Position numbers and translations under genes: made by a program. A DNA stretch of 64,000 nucleotides from Mobula hypostoma (taxonomy: Eukaryota): assembly GCF_963921235.1 (NCBI RefSeq), contig NC_086097.1, positions 71,054,001-71,118,000 of the forward strand, in the 5' to 3' direction. Below the pieces are notes generated by a model that saw nothing but the letters and a program-made list of their open reading frames with translations, was not told the origin of the DNA and did not search any database. Shown here in pieces: positions 11,245-23,023 of the stretch. Within the stretch, counting starts at the first letter, position 1. Every line of letters begins with the position of its first letter.

Positions 11245-14200
11245 GAGTGTTAGAGTGGGGAGCTCAGGCTTTGGTGAGGAGAGCTGAAGGCTTTAGGTAG
11301 ACTTTTTTCATTTAATTTTTCTTTCTTCGTTCTTAAAACACAGTTAGAGCAGAGGGGGTGCCAGGCAGGATAGTTGAATGCTCCTTTTACAGGATATGGG
11401 AAGGCAAGGATACCTCCAGTGTCCCTGACAACGGCACCTGCAAGAAATACATCCAGATGCAGCATCTAGCGGACCGTGTTAAAGAGGTGGAGCTGGAATT
11501 GGGTGAACTCCGGATCATTCGGGAAGCTGGGAGGTGCATTGACAGGGAGGCCGATACACCCAAGGTGCAGGACACAGGAAACCGGTGACCATCAGGACGG
11601 GGAAAGGGGATAGGCAGCCAGTACCCCAGTGGTCATTCCCCTCAATAACAGGCATACCACTTTGGATACTGCTAGGGGGAATGATCTCACAGAGGAAAGC
11701 CACAGTGGTTAGGTCTCTGTCATTGAGTCTGGCTGTGTGGCTCAGAAAGGGAGGGGGAGAAGAGCAGTGCAGCAGTAATAAGCAATTCCATATTTAGAGG
11801 AGCAGACAGGAGATTCTGTGGACATTATGTTGCCTCCTAAGTGTCAGGGTCAGAGATGTTTCGATTCAGGTCCACAGCATTCTAAAACGGAGAGTGACCA
11901 GGCGGAAGTTGTGGTACATATTGGAAAAGGGAGGAGGTTCTGAAAAGAGAATATCAGGAGTTAAACAACAAGCTAAAAAGCAGGACCTCCAAAGCGGTAA
12001 TCTCTGGATTGCTGCCTGTGCCGCATGCCATTGAGGGTAAGAGTAGGATGGCTTGGCAGATGAAAGTGGGGCTGAGGAATTGGTGTGGGGGCAGGTTTTC
12101 AGACTTCTAGACCATATGGAATTTCTTCTGGGGAAAGGTATGATTTGTACAAAAAGAACAGGTTACACCTGAACCTGAGGGGAGCCAATATCCTTGTGGT
12201 CAGGTTTGCTAGACCAGCTGAGGAGTGTTTAAACTAACTTGCAGGGAGATGTGAACTAGAGTGATAGGCTGAGGATGGGGCAGTGGGTATACAAGTAGAT
12301 GCAGTGTGCAGTGAGACTGTGAGGAAGGACAGGCTGATGACAGGGCAAAATTGCAGTCAGTGAGATGAATTGAAGTGTAACATGGGAGCAAATTTGAAAA
12401 GAGTAATTAATACAGGATGAACGGTGTTATATTTGAATGCATGTAATACATGGAATAAGGTAGATGATCTTGTAGGACAGTTAGAGATTGACAGAGATGA
12501 TGTTGTGGGTTTCATTGATTTGTGGCAGAGAAACTATCACAGTTGGGAGCTTAATATCCAAGGATATACATTGTGTCAAAAGGACAGACAGGTGGGCAGA
12601 TGGGGTGGGGTGGCTCTTTTAGTAAAAAAATGAAAACAGATCTTTAGAAGGAGGTGACTTAGGATCAGAAGATGTAGAATCCTTGTGGGTAGAGTTCAGA
12701 AACTGCAAAGGTAAAATGGCCCTCCTGGGAGTTATATACAGGCCTCTGAACAGTAGTCAGGCTGTGGGGTACATATTGTATATGGGGTAAGTGTGGGGTT
12801 AAATGTGGGTGATAGAAAAGGCATCTAAAAAGGGCAATGTTAAAATAGTTTCGGCAGATTTCAATATGCAGGCACATTGGGAAAATCAAGTTGATACTGG
12901 ATCCCAAGAAATGGAATTTGTAGAATGCCTATGAGATGGACTTTTGGAGCAGTTTGTGGTTGAGTCTATGAGGGGAAAGGCAATTCTGAATTGGGTGTTG
13001 TGTAATGAACCGGATTTGATTAGGGAGCTTAAGGTAAAGGAACCCTTAGGAGGCAGTGATCATAATATGATAGGATTTACACTGTAGTTTGAGAGGGAGA
13101 AGCTAAAGTCAGATGTATCAGTGTTACAATGGACTAAAGGAAATTACAGAAGCATGAGAGAGTTGATGGGAAGAGTGTGCAAGCAGGGATGACAGCAGAA
13201 AAGCATTTTGAGAATATCAGGGTGTAGAAGTGAGCGTAGTTGCTACAAATTAGGAGAAGGTGTTCAGGAAGCTAAAAGGTCTGAAGGTAGTTAAGTCACC
13301 ATAAACGGATGGACTACACCCATGGTTCTGAAAGAGGTTACTGAAGAGATTATGGAGCCTCTAGATTCTAGAATAAGTCTGGAGGACTGGAAAATTGCAA
13401 ATGTTTCTCTGCAGTTTAAGAAGGGAGAGAGGAAGAAGAAAGGATATTGTAAGCCAGTTAGCTGGACTTAGATGGTTGGAAAGATGTTGGACTCCATTAT
13501 TATGGAGAAGCTTCAGGGTACTTGGAAGCATGTGATAAAATAGGCTGAAGTTAGCATGGTTTCCTTAAGGGGAAGATCTTGCCTGACGAATCTGTTGGAA
13601 TTCTTTGAGGACATAACAAGCAGGAGAGACAAAGGAGAGTTAGTGGATGTTGTTTACTTGGTTTTTCAGAAGGCGATTGACAAAATACCACATATGAGGC
13701 TGTTTAACAAGATAAGAGCTTTTAGTATTACAGAAAAGATATTAGCATGGATAAAAGATTATTTGACTGGCAGGAGGCAAATAGTTGAAATAAAGAGGGG
13801 CTTTTCAGATTGGCTGCTGTGGACTAGTGGTGTTCCACAGGGGTCAGTATTGGGATCCGTTCTTTTCGTGTTATATGTCAATGATTTGGATGATGGAATC
13901 AACAACTTTGTAGCCAGTTGTGGAGGATACAAAGATAGGAGATGTGGCAGGTAGTGTTGCAGCAGCAGGGACAGAGACAGATTGGGAGAATGGGCAATGA
14001 AGTGACAGATGGAATACAGCGTTGGGAAGGGTATAGCCATGCATTCTGGTAGAAGGAGTAAAGGTGTAGGCTATTTTCTAAATGGGGAGAAAATTCAAAA
14101 GTCTGAGGTGCAAAGGGACTTGGGAATCCTCATGCAGGATTCCCTAAAGTTTAACTCGCAGGTTGAATCGGTGGTAAGGATGGCAATTACAATGTTAGCA

Positions 14201-14830
14201 TTCATTTTGAGAGGACTAGAATATAAAAGCAAAGGTGTAATGCTGAGGCTTTATAAAAGGCATTGATCAGACTGCACTTGAGTATTGTGAGAAACTTTGG
14301 ACCCCTTATCGAAGAAAAAATGTGCTGGTATTGGAGAGGGTCCAGAGGAGTTTCACAAGAATGATTCTGGGAATGAAAGGGTTAACATGTGAGCAGCGTT
14401 TGATGACTCTGAACCTGTACTTACTGAAGTTTAGAAGAATGAGGGAAGATCTCATTTAAACCTAATGAACATCGAAAGGCCTAGATAGAATGGATGTGGA
14501 GAGGATGTCTCCCGCAGTGAGTTAGTCCAGGACCAAAAGGCACAGCATCAAAATAGAACATCCAGTTAGAACAGAGATGAGGAGGAACTTCTTTACGTTA
14601 AGGGTAGTGAATCTGTGGACTTCATTGCTACAGATGGCTGTGGAGACCATGTCATTGGGTATATTTAAGACAGAAGCTGATCGGTTCTTGATGAGTCAGG
14701 GTGTCAAAGGTTACGGGGAGAAGCCAGGAGAACGGGGATGACAGGGATAATAATCCAGCCATGATGGAATGGTGGAGTAGACTTGATGGACTGAATTACT
14801 TAACTATGCTCCAATGTCTTAAGTCTTAAG
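11245..14830 (+). mobile_element. Near-full-length decayed CR1 LINE (ORF1 plus ORF2 APE-RT)
   Basis: ORF1 Cys-rich/coiled-coil remnant (VECSFYRIWE..TCKKYIQMQHLADRVKEVELEL) and esterase-like region; APE start LYLNACNTWNKVDDL (12424); RT motifs SCLTNLLEFFEDIT and SGVPQGSVLGSVLFVLYVNDLD (13556-13954); CR1 3' UTR. Many stops and an internal deletion near 13205. Confidence 0.92.
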
Positions 14831-14851
14831 ATAACATCACAAGCACTCAAG

Positions 14852-15160
14852 TGTCATGCTGTGTGCTGGCAACGACTGAGCCAAGGTGCAGAGGAACAAC
14901 AGACTCCCATGTAGAGACGGAAACAAGAGTTTATACATAGGAATTCCAACAGAACATTGATGGCTTGACCGAGCAACACCACAAGATAAATCGTGAGTCC
15001 ACTTTAAATAAAAACCCACGCCAGTCGAAATAAACTAGAGAAAATTAAGCAGAAAGCACAGGACTGCAGTTAAGACAATAATTAACAAATACAGATGCTG
15101 CAGAAACCTGGGAGCCCAACGCTCTGCAGCTCACTGCACAGGACCACAGGGCTCATAAGA
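14852..15160 (-). mobile_element. Probable solo LTR (~310 bp)
   Basis: Termini TGTCATG and CATAAGA (imperfect inverted ends); flanks CTCAAG and CTCAAC resemble a TSD. Minus strand ends ..TGCACCTTGGCTC.., like the 3' end of the LTR at 46848-48001. Confidence 0.55.
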
Positions 15161-15205
15161 CTCAACATTCATTTATCACATGTGCTTTGAAATATACAAT
15201 GAAAT

Positions 15206-15665
15206 TTACCATTCGTCCCCCCCATCCCACCCCACTGATCTCCCTCCTGGCACTTATCCGTGTAAGCGGAACGAGTGCTACACATGCCCGTACACATCCT
15301 CCCTTACCACCATTCAGGGCCCCAAACAGTCCTTCCAGGTGAGGCAACACTTCACCTGTGAGTCAGCTGGGGTGATATACTGCGTCCGGTTCTCCCGAAG
15401 TGGCCTTTTATATATTGGTGAGACCCGACGCAGACTGGGAGACCGCTTTGCTGAACACCTACGCTCTGTCCGCCAGAGAAAGCAGGATCTCCCAGTGGCC
15501 ACACATTTTAATTCCACATCCCATTCCCATTCTGACATGTCTATCCACGGCCTCCTCTACTGTAAAGATGAAGCCACACTCAGGTTGGAGGAACAACACC
15601 TTATATTCCGTCTGGGTAGCCTCCAACCTGATGGCATGAACATTGACTTCTCTAACTTCCGCTAA
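15206..15665 (+). pseudogene. GIY-YIG endonuclease domain of the Penelope ORF (5'-truncated)
   Basis: PGTYPCKRNECYTC..FTCESAGVIYCVRFSRSGLLYIGETRRRLGDRFAEH..LRLEEQHLIFRLGSLQPDGMN: VIY..YIG motif, conserved R, E and terminal N, open to the stop at 15663-15665. Confidence 0.9.
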
Positions 15666-15957
15666 TGCCCAACCTACCCCTCGCACCCTATCTGTTACTT
15701 ATTTTTATACACACATTCTTTCTCTCACTCTCCTTTATCTCCCTCTGTCCCTCTGAATATACCCCTTGCCCATCCTCTGGGTCCCCCCCCCCTTGTCTTT
15801 CTTGCCGGACCTCCTGTCCCATGATCCTCTCGTATCCCTTTTGCCTATCACCTGTCCGGCTCTTGGCTCCATCCCTCCCCCTCCTGTCCTCTCCTATCAA
15901 TTTGGATCTCCCCCTCCCCCTTTAACTTTCAAATCCCTTACTCACTCTTCCTTCAGA

Positions 15958-15995
15958 TAGTCCTGACGAAGGGTCTCGGCCTGAAACGTCGACTG
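15958..15995 (+). ncRNA. Minimal type I hammerhead ribozyme of the Penelope element
   Basis: TAGTC-CTGACGA-AGGGTCTCGGCCT-GAAA-C-GTC/GACTG: intact CUGANGA and GAAA core, stem I TAGTC/GACTG, stem II AGG/CCT, palindromic ACGT stem III, GUC cleavage triplet ending at 15990. Confidence 0.8.
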
Positions 15996-16902
15996 CACCT
16001 CTTCCTAGAGATGCTGCTGGCCCGCTGCATTCACCAGCGACTTTGATGTGTGTTGAATGAAATGTGCCACTTGTGTTAACAACCAAAGTACCTGCGGGTG
16101 TGCTGGGAGCAGCCCACAAGTGTCATCACATATTTCAGCACCAGTATATCATGCCCACACTACTTGGCAGAACAACACAGAATACAACAAGCAACAAAAC
16201 AACAACAGCAAATCAAGCCTTGTTCCTCCCTTCCACACATGTACATACACAATCCTCTAATCCCAGAACAGGCCGTCTTCCTTCCCCTCCTGCCTCCAGT
16301 AGACTTGGATGTGCAGACATTGGGTCTTAGACTACCCCAGCAGACTTGCAAGATTTGCAGACCTAGAGTGCCAGCCTCCCTAAAACCATCCTTACAAATA
16401 CTAAAAAAATACTTAAAAAACAACTAGAACTGAGCTGTGACCTAAATGGAGGACCTACTTTATGGAACTGAAGCTTCCTTTTGCCTTTTTTGGTTTAATG
16501 TCAAACAGGGCATTCAATTTCCCTTTGAGATTCTGAAATTGTTGTACCAGATAGGTCTGTTGAGAACTCTACAGCACGACAGTGGCCAGAAAGGAGAGGA
16601 ATGTGACCATGCGAATGGAAGCACAAGATCTATAAAATGTGCTTCCTGTCACTTGGTTGGATGGTTGTAATTTCAGGAGGTACAAACTGAAGTGAATTGG
16701 GAGTATGCTGTCCCTTCCCTCCACACCCCCACCCCACTTTAGACACTGACCTGAAAGCAAGTAGAATTAGGTGTTTCCATTTCAGCTTGTTCCCATGATA
16801 TCCACTATCAAGGAGTTCACCCTTCAGCCAATTTGATACAAACAACATGATATCAAGAAAAGACTGAGATTACCGAAAACTTAAAGGCTATAGGATCACC
16901 GC

Positions 16903-18330
16903 AAATCTAAAACTGCAGGCTTGTGCTCCAGTATTATTTGCACCTCCTGTGCCAACCAAATGGTGGGAGTGTTGATGGACATCTTCAGTCTCTCATTGCT
17001 GCAAGCAGAGGTTCCCACCTGCTTCAAAAGGGTGACAATCATACCAGTGCCCAAGAAAAGCAAGGTGAGCTGCTTCATTGACATCTACTGTGATGAAGTG
17101 TTCAGAGAGCTTGATCATGGTCAGAATCACCTCCTACCTACGCAAGGACCTGGACCCACTGCAATTTGCATATCACCACAATAGTCTACAGTGGATACAA
17201 TCTCACTGGCTCTTCACTTGGTCTTGGATCAACTGGACATGAGTAATATCTACATCAGGCCGCAGTTTATTACTGCACTCAGCGTTCAACACAATCGTAT
17301 CCTCTGTTCTAGTCAACAAGCTCCAAAACTTGGGTCTCTGTACCTTCCACTGCAACAGGATCCTTGAGTTCCTCACCAGGAGACCACAGCTAGTGGGAAT
17401 TGGAAATACCATCAACACTGGCACATCTAAAGGATGTGTGCTTAGCCCCCTCTCTCCATACCCACAGCTCAAACGGCATCTACAACCATAGTTATCAGAA
17501 TTTCAAATGGTGATGAGGAGGTGTACAAGAGTGAGATAGATCAGCTGGTTGAGTGCTGTTGTAGCAACAATCGTGCACTCAGTATCAGTAAGACCAAGGA
17601 ATTGATTGTGGGCTTCAGGAAGGGGGAGTCGATGGAACATACACTAGTCCTCATCAAAGGACCAGCGGTGGAAAGGGGGAGCAGTTTCAAGTTCCTGGGT
17701 GTCGACATCTCTGAGGATCTATCCTGGGCCCAACGTATTGATGCAGTTACAAAGAAAGCTACATTTCATGAGGATTTTGAGGAGATTTGGTATGCCACTA
17801 AAGATGCTCGTGAATTTCTACAGCTGTAACATGGAGAGCTTTCTAACAGGTTACATCAAAGTCTGGTATGGAGAGGGTCACTGCACAGAATCAATAAAAG
17901 CTACAGAAAGTTGCAAACTCAGCCAGCTCCATCATGGGCACTAGCCTCCCCAGCATCCAGGACAACTTCAAAACGTGATGCCTCAAAAAGACAGCATCCA
18001 TCATTAAGGACCTCCACCACCCAGGACATGTCTTCTTCTCACTGCTACATCAAAGAGGAGGTACAGGAGCATGAAAACACATGACCCATTGTTTTAGGAA
18101 TGGCTTCTTCCCCTCCACCATCCGATTTCTGAATGGACAATAACCCCATGAACCCTGCCTCAGTACTTGTTCCCTCTCCTTTTGCACTACTTATTTAATT
18201 TAAGGTTCTTTTCTTCTTTCGACTTCTTATTGTAATTTATAGGTTTAATGATTATATATTGCAATGTTCTACTATCGCAAAATGACAAGTTTCAAGAGAT
18301 ATGCCAGCGGTATGAAACCAGATTCTGATT
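16903..18330 (+). mobile_element. Rex1/Babar-type LINE, decayed 3' half
   Basis: [68 protein letters not shown]; tail ..AAACCAGATTCTGATTC. Confidence 0.85.
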
Positions 18331-18399
18331 CATCTCTTGCCAAGCTACTCCAGTGTAGGCATCTACCCAGGAACGTGGCATATTGTCCAACCTGGTCTG

Positions 18400-18635
18400 A
18401 ACATGGACCGCTTCACAGTGTCGGTGACCCAGATACAATTCTGACCTCAACAGCTGCATATGGAATTTGAACATTCTTTCTGTCACGACATATGTTTTGT
18501 ATGGTATTCCTGTTCCTCCCACAATCATGCAGATTGGCGGAGTAATTGGCCACTGGATTAGTATAAATGGGCAGTTGAAGATGGGCATGGACTTAGTGGG
18601 CCAAAAGACACGTTTCCATGCTTTATCTCTCAATG
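18400..18635 (+). mobile_element. Highly decayed V-SINE-like copy
   Basis: Residual CTTCACAGTGTCGGTGACCCAG head, TTCCTCCCACA core and TGGGCCAAAAGACACGTTTCCATGCT CR1-like tail. Confidence 0.5.
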
Positions 18636-19109
18636 AATCTACTTAACTCTTGGTCTCAAAGTTAGTGGTAGAATCCAATGGAGAATTAATGCAAATACGG
18701 GACAAATGAAACAAATGCGATACGTGTAAATGGTAGTTGAATGCTGCCATAAATGCAATGGGCTGAATAGCCCATTTCCCTTCTCTGTGATTCTCTGAGT
18801 TAAGATCTGGTCACAGACTGTAAAGTTGGATTAGTAGAAAAAACAGCTTGTAAATTAATACTCAGTTATCTAGACTTAGAGTTTCTGTACTTGGTAAAAT
18901 GGGTAAGTTTGATAGGCAATATACTTGAAATGTTTTCAACCACTTATTAAACTTATGTTAAAATAAAAGTTGTATTCTAATAGTTTAAAATAAACCTTAA
19001 TAAATTTAAGAGCAGTAATCTGGGTGAAAGTGTATTTTAATACAAATAAGAAAGCATTTTAAGTCACTCTGCTAGAGACTAGCACACACTTATTGTGCTT
19101 CACAGTTCC

Positions 19110-19565
19110 CAAGAATGTGGATGTGGGAAGGCAGGAAGACCTTCAGGGTCCCTGGCGACTACACCTCAAGAAGTACATCTGGTTGCAGCTCCCAAGAGAT
19201 TATGTTACGGAGTTGGGACTGGAACTGGATGAACTGCAGATCATTTGGAAAGCATAAGGATTGATAGACAGGACATACAGGGAGGTAGTTACACCCAAGG
19301 TGCAAGACATGGGTAACTGGGTGACCATCAGGAGGGGGGATGGAGCTAGGCAGCTTGTGCAGAGTATCCCTGAGCTATTCCCCTCAAAAACAGGTAGATA
19401 CTGTTGGGGGAATGACCTAACAGAGGAAAGCCACAGCAGCCGCGTCTCTGGCACTGAGTCTGGCTCTGTGACTCAGAAGGGAAAGGTGGGGAGAAGAGGT
19501 TTGCTGTAGTGATAAGGGATTCATTGGTTATGGGAACAGAAAGATGTTCTGTGGATGAGAACAAG
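19110..19565 (+). mobile_element. CR1 ORF1 fragment
   Basis: IDRTYREVVTPKVQDMGNWVTIRRG, collinear with 11390-11820. Further + strand CR1 sequence resumes at ~26200-26645. Confidence 0.8.
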
Positions 19566-20181
19566 ATAAGACCATAACACCATAAGAGATAGGAGCAGAA
19601 TTAGGCCATTTGGCCCATCAAGTCTATTCTGCCATTTCATCATGCTGATCCCTTTCAGCTCCAATCTCCTGCCTTCTCCTGCATCCCGTCAAACCCTGAC
19701 CAATCAAGAATCTATCAACCTCTGCCTTAAGTATACATACAGACTTGGTCTCCATAGCTGCCTGTGACAATGAATTCCACAGATTCACCACTCTCTGGCT
19801 AAAGATATTCCTCCTCATCTCTGTTCTAAAAGGACGTCCCTCTGTTCTGAGGCTGTGTCCTCTGTTTCCCATCATAGGGAACATCCTTTCCACAGCCACT
19901 CTATCAAGGCCTTTCACCATTTGATAGGTTTCAATTAGGTCACCCCTCATTCTTCTGAATTCCAGTGAACACAGGCCCAGAGCCATCAAACGCTCTTCAT
20001 ATGACAAGCTGTTCAAACCTGGAATCATTTTTGTGAACCTCCTTTGAACCCTCTCCAGTTTCAGCACATTCTTTCTAAGATAGGAGGCCCAAAATGGCGA
20101 ACAACACTCCAGTGCTTTATAAAGTCTCAACATTATATCCTTGCTTATATATTCTAGTCCTCTTGAAATGAATGAAAACAT

Positions 20182-20466
20182 TGTAGCGGTGTGCTACACA
20201 CAGCGCTAGAATAACTACACGGAGTCGGTGAGTTAGAGTTGCGATGAAAGAGATTTATTCAAACTTCGCGGCCTGCTTTAAAGCCTTCCCGTTCCCACCC
20301 TCCCTGGGGCGGGATTGCTGTGGGGAATGCATATTCCCAGACCCTTTCAGCGCGCGGGATTTTCCCCTGCTGGTGAAGATGGCCTGGCGCCCTTTTTGGG
20401 GCCGGCCCTCTGCCTGCGCGCGTTGTTGTGAGCCGGTTCGTGTGTGCCAGAAAGTGGGTCGCCACA
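20182..20466 (-). mobile_element. Young CpG-rich solo LTR (285 bp) with 4-bp TSD
   Basis: TGTAGCG...CGCCACA termini; TSD ACAT at 20178-20181 and 20467-20470; cleanly interrupts the CR1; minus-strand AATAAA near 20253-20258. Confidence 0.88.
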
Positions 20467-21447
20467 ACATCGTATTTACCTTCCTCACCACAGTCTCAAC
20501 CTGCAAACTAACCTTTATGGAACCCTGCACAAGGACTCCCAAGTCCCTTTACACCACAGTTTTTTGTATTTTCTCTCCATTTAGAAAATAGTCAGCCCTG
20601 TCATTTCTTCTACCAAAGTGCATGACCATATACTTCCCCAACACTGTATTCCATCTGCAACCTCTTTGCCCATTCTCCTAATCTGCTTAAGTCCTTCTGT
20701 AGTCTCTCTACTTCCTCAAAACTGCCTGACCCTACAGCTATCTTCGTATCGTCTGCAACAAAGCCATCAATTTTCAGAATCAGAATCAGAATCAGAAAGG
20801 GCATTCCATCATCTAAAGCATTAACCTATAACGTAGAAAGAATCGGACCCCTGTGGAATACCAATAGTCACCAGCAGCCAACCAGAAAAGGCTCCCTTTA
20901 TTCCCACTCTTCGCCTCCTGTCAATCATCCACTGCCTTATCCATGCTAGAATCTTTCCTGTAATACCATGGGCTCATAGCTTGTTATGCAACCTCAAGTG
21001 TGGCATCTTCTCAAAGGCCTTCTGAAAATCCAAGTACACAACATCACTGATTCTCCTTTGTCTATCCTGCTTGCTATTTCTTCAAAGAATTCTAACAGAT
21101 CTGTCAGGCAAGATTTTCCCCAAAGGAAACCATGCTGACTTTGACCTATTTTATCAGGTACCTCCAAGTAACCCGAATCCACATCCTTAACAATCGACTC
21201 CAACATCTTCCCAACCACTGAGGTTAGACTAACTGGCCTATAGCTTCATTTCTTCTGCCTCCCTCCCTTCTTGAAGAGTGGAATGACATTTGCAATTTTC
21301 CAGTGATTCTTGTAAGATCATTACTATTGACACCACAATCTCTTCAGTGAGCTCTTTCAGAACCTTGGTGTGTACACCATCTGGTCCAGGGGTCCTATCT
21401 ACCTTTAGACATTTTAGTTTCCCAAGAACCTTCTCTCTAGTAATGGT

Positions 21448-21640
21448 TGTTGTGTTCTTTACATGTACCGTTGGTTACCCATAAAGACATATATTCTGGA
21501 AGAACGTAACTAGAACTTTTATTTAACAGCAAACAGCAACCACATTTTAACATACAAGCTTCTTAATCATTCTGTCATTTCTGTGCATACTCATATTCCG
21601 TCCAATCACGTCCTGACACGTGACACATGATATCACCACA
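21448..21640 (-). repeat. 3' LTR of the Gypsy element
   Basis: TGTTGTG...CACCACA; 13 mismatches in 193 bp versus 25004-25196 by manual alignment. PPT AAGGAAAGGAAGA (minus strand) is adjacent at 21641-21653. Confidence 0.95.
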
Positions 21641-22149
21641 TCTTCCTTTCCTTAAAAAGAAAACAATTAGCAACATTAATCAAAACAAATGCATAATTTA
21701 GCATGTCTCTATCAATCTATCTGGGGGTTTGCAAACACGAGTAGACCTTCTAAGTGGTTCACAGAGTCCTTGTGTTTCATTGTTATTTTCATGTTTTGTC
21801 TGGTCTGCATCAGTTAATGGAAACTGAAGTTGGCTCTTTCTTGAGATCTTTGTGATTTCTTCTTAACACTGCTCCTTCTCCTGTTTGGACCATGTATGAT
21901 CTGGGTTGGACTTCTTCAAGTACTGTAGCTTCCTGTGTCCATGTGTTCATTTTGTCTTGTATCCTCATTTGATCTCCTTGTCCTTCAGACAAACGTCTCC
22001 TTAGATCAGTCAATTCACGTTCCACTGCTTCCTTATACTGTGCCCACTGTAAGTGTTCTTGCTCTAGATGGTGATGAAACTGGATCTCATATTCTCTGTG
22101 TCTCTTTCATTATCGCTTGCATTGAAGCACCCTCCTCCTGCCATTGTTT

Positions 22150-22911
22150 TTCACTTGTTTTATTTTCTTTCTACTTCTGCAACAGCATGAAGAATGATTA
22201 ATCTTACCACAGCTGTTGCAGAGTTCCCAATACGCTGGACACATTTTAGGTCGGTGCTGCCGCCCACAGCGATCACAAAGTTTTTTCTTTCAAACGACGT
22301 CCTGCTTTCTGTCGGTTTCGTAGTCGTTTCATTATTTTTTCTAATAGGTTTGCGGTTATTCACAGCGTGTACACTGCAATTCTCAATAAAAAGCTCTTAA
22401 GCCTGCAACTTTACGGTTTCCAAAACTTTGCAGAGAATCAAAGATTTTTCCAAATTTATGTCTGGTTCTCTTGAGTCTTTTTCTCAGAGCATTATCCAGA
22501 ATGCTGCAAACAATTCTGTCTTTAACGAGAGAGTCTGTCAGCTCTGCAGACTCGCATGTTTTACTGTGGTTTCTCAATTCCGTAACAAATTGATTAATTG
22601 TTTGACCAGCTCTCTGCTTGCATGTAAAGAATTTGTACTGTTGATATGTCACATTGTGCTTTGGTATACAAAAGGCTTCAAACTTGTCAATTATCGCTTT
22701 TAGATTCAAACTATCTCCATTCTCAAAAGTAAAATGGTTATATACCTCAAATGCATCATCCATGGAGTAGAATTGCAGCTTTCGTTTTCTCTGTTTTATT
22801 ATTTGCTCTGATCGCCGATAAATAAATTTCAAAACGCTGTTTAAATCTTTTCCAGTTTTCACCTACATTTTCAGTCAGCTGAAGCATCGATGGGGGTTGC
22901 AAAACTTCCAT
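22150..22911 (-). pseudogene. Gypsy gag (frameshifted) with two Cys/His knuckles
   Basis: MEVLQPPSMLQLTENVGENWKRFKQRFEIYL.., YQQYKFFTCKQRAGQTINQFVTELRNHSKTCE..LVKDRIVC, then CDRCGRQHRPKMC-PAYWEL-CNSCGKINHSSCCC at ~22180-22280. Confidence 0.88.
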
Positions 22912-23008
22912 TCTTGAAGCTGTTAGCAAACAACGAAAAAGTTTGCGCTTTTTTTTCAATTATCTTCTCTTCTCCCGTGTTAGCGAAATGAATTACTCTT
23001 CCAGGCCA

Positions 23009-23021
23009 ACTTCTGACACTA
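23009..23021 (-). promoter_or_regulatory. Primer-binding site of the Gypsy element (tRNA-Leu-like, one mismatch)
   Basis: Minus strand reads ..CA TAGTGTCAGAAGT, one change from TGGTGTCAGAAGT. It abuts the TG of the LTR end once the CR1 is removed. Confidence 0.75.
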
Positions 23022-23023
23022 TG

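Larger units (their letters stand above)
15206..16055 (+). mobile_element. Young 5'-truncated Penelope-like retroelement with 8-bp TSD
   Basis: TSD AATGAAAT at 15198-15205 and 16056-16063; open GIY-YIG frame; C/T-rich 3' UTR; hammerhead motif; tail. Confidence 0.92.
15161..16210 (-). mobile_element. SINE/LINE 3' tail split by the Penelope insertion (15161-15205 and 16056-16210)
   Basis: Joined halves read TTTATCACATGTGCTTTGAAATATACAATGAAATGTGCC..GTGTGCTGGGAGCAGCCC, the reverse complement of the SINE tail at 48200-48306. Confidence 0.65.

Noticed and set aside
15180..15205. N-terminal extension of the GIY-YIG ORF (MCFEIYNEI)
   Set aside because: It derives from the flanking SINE tail and TSD; a chance in-frame ATG, not part of the element.
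20244..20591. Overlapping ORFs of 68-115 aa in the GC-rich insert
   Set aside because: Stop-poor because of GC content; they cross the solo-LTR/CR1 junction.
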